A stretch of 63,768 bases of DNA, the filler included, from Octopus bimaculoides (taxonomy: Eukaryota): the NCBI RefSeq assembly GCF_001194135.2. It is 6 parts of 6 records of this genome, joined end to end, with 100 filler letters (N's around TTAATTAATTAA, not from the genome) between each part and the next. Parts side by side here need not be neighbours in the genome. Positions count along the whole stretch, not along the records: positions 62,038 to 63,768 come from NW_026336729.1; 5 more parts are not named here. One strand, 5' to 3'. Of this stretch, positions 62,623 through 63,768 are shown piece by piece. Numbering within the stretch: position 1 is the first letter of the stretch; the number at the start of each line of letters is the position of its first letter. The position numbers and the translations under genes were made by a program. The notes beneath the pieces were generated by a model. It was not told where the DNA came from and did no database searches. It was given only the letters and a program-made list of their open reading frames with translations.

Positions 62623-63768
62623 NNNNNNNNNNNNNNNNNNNNNNNNNNNNNNNNNNNNNNNNNNNNNNNNNNNNNNNNNNNNNNNNNNNNNNNNNNNNNN
62701 NNNNNNNNNNNNNNNNNNNNNNNNNNNNNNNNNNNNNNNNNNNNNNNNNNNNNNNNNNNNNNNNNNNNNNNNNNNNNNNNNNNNNNNNNNNNNNNNNNNN
62801 NNNNNNNNNNNNNNNNNNNNNNNNNNNNNNNNNNNNNNNNNNNNNNNNNNNNNNNNNNNNNNNNNNNNNNNNNNNNNNNNNNNNNNNNNNNNNNNNNNNN
62901 NNNNNNNNNNNNNNNNNNNNNNNNNNNNNNNNNNNNNNNNNNNNNNNNNNNNNNNNNNNNNNNNNNNNNNNNNNNNNNNNNNNNNNNNNNNNNNNNNNNN
63001 NNNNNNNNNNNNNNNNNNNNNNNNNNNNNNNNNNNNNNNNNNNNNNNNNNNNNNNNNNNNNNNNNNNNNNNNNNNNNNNNNNNNNNNNNNNNNNNNNNNN
63101 NNNNNNNNNNNNNNNNNNNNNNNNNNNNNNNNNNNNNNNNNNNNNNNNNNNNNNNNNNNNNNNNNNNNNNNNNNNNNNNNNNNNNNNNNNNNNNNNNNNN
63201 NNNNNNNNNNNNNNNNNNNNNNNNNNNNNNNNNNNNNNNNNNNNNNNNNNNNNNNNNNNNNNNNNNNNNNNNNNNNNNNNNNNNNNNNNNNNNNNNNNNN
63301 NNNNNNNNNNNNNNNNNNNNNNNNNNNNTCCACCACCTTAAACTGAAGCCTCTCTTCAGACCTCGCTGCTCTCCAGAGCCAACCACCACCGCCACCACCA
63401 CCACCACCACCACTAGCATCCACAACACCCTTCCGCCGCCCTCGCCTCCCACACCTCTTCCTACTACTTCAGCCTCCTCCTTCTACAACACCCTACACCT
63501 CCCCATCTTATCACTCCTAACTCCCCCCTTCTTCCTTCTCCATCTCCTACCCCTCCTAACAACCACTTCTACTTACAATACTAACCCCCGTTTCTAGTCT
63601 CCCATTTACCCTATAACCGGCCTCGTCCCCTGCTGAGCCTTCTGTCACAAATGATTCTTATTGTAGGGCAGACCGGCTATTCCGAGTCAACCGTGATGTC
63701 TGTGTGTCGCCCTTATTTTATCTATCTATCTATGTCTGTCTATCTATCTATCTATCTATCTATCTATC

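Noticed and set aside
1858-63597. Most ORF-track entries (poly HT/CV/YI/LS peptides and X-filled ORFs)
   Set aside because: They are translations of (CA)n, (TA)n, (GA)n or (GATA)n microsatellites or of N gaps, with no coding signal.

Overview
AT-rich, microsatellite- and retroposon-dense animal DNA from a gapped draft assembly. The SINE families and simple-repeat load point to a cephalopod, most likely Octopus (inference). Two recognisable spliced housekeeping genes lie in tandem on the minus strand. NDUFAF4 has 3 coding exons (54671..51616, 214 aa). ESD (S-formylglutathione hydrolase) has 8 coding exons located (45947..38319, 256 codons); its last exon, carrying the catalytic His, was not found and probably lies in or beyond the scaffold join at 36552-36651. 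The rest is decayed transposons: Tc1, DD41D/rosa, DD34D mariner, maT-like, R4/NeSL-like RLE and CR1-like LINE pieces, Penelope GIY-YIG remnants, piggyBac, hAT and pogo MITEs, a Helentron-type element, and many SINEs. The most notable unannotated signals are several minimal type-I hammerhead ribozyme folds tied to Penelope-like termini (two share a U4C core change, one sits in a ~200-bp fold-back), a stop-free in-frame hydrophobic intron in NDUFAF4, a 33-bp minisatellite in an ESD intron that forms an array of eight CRE-like sites, and a few orphan exon-like segments. Five TTAATTAATTAA blocks flanked by Ns are artificial linkers, so adjacency across them is uncertain. Most entries in the ORF track are microsatellite or N artefacts. 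No database searches were run. Repeat boundaries are approximate; exon boundaries were read base by base.
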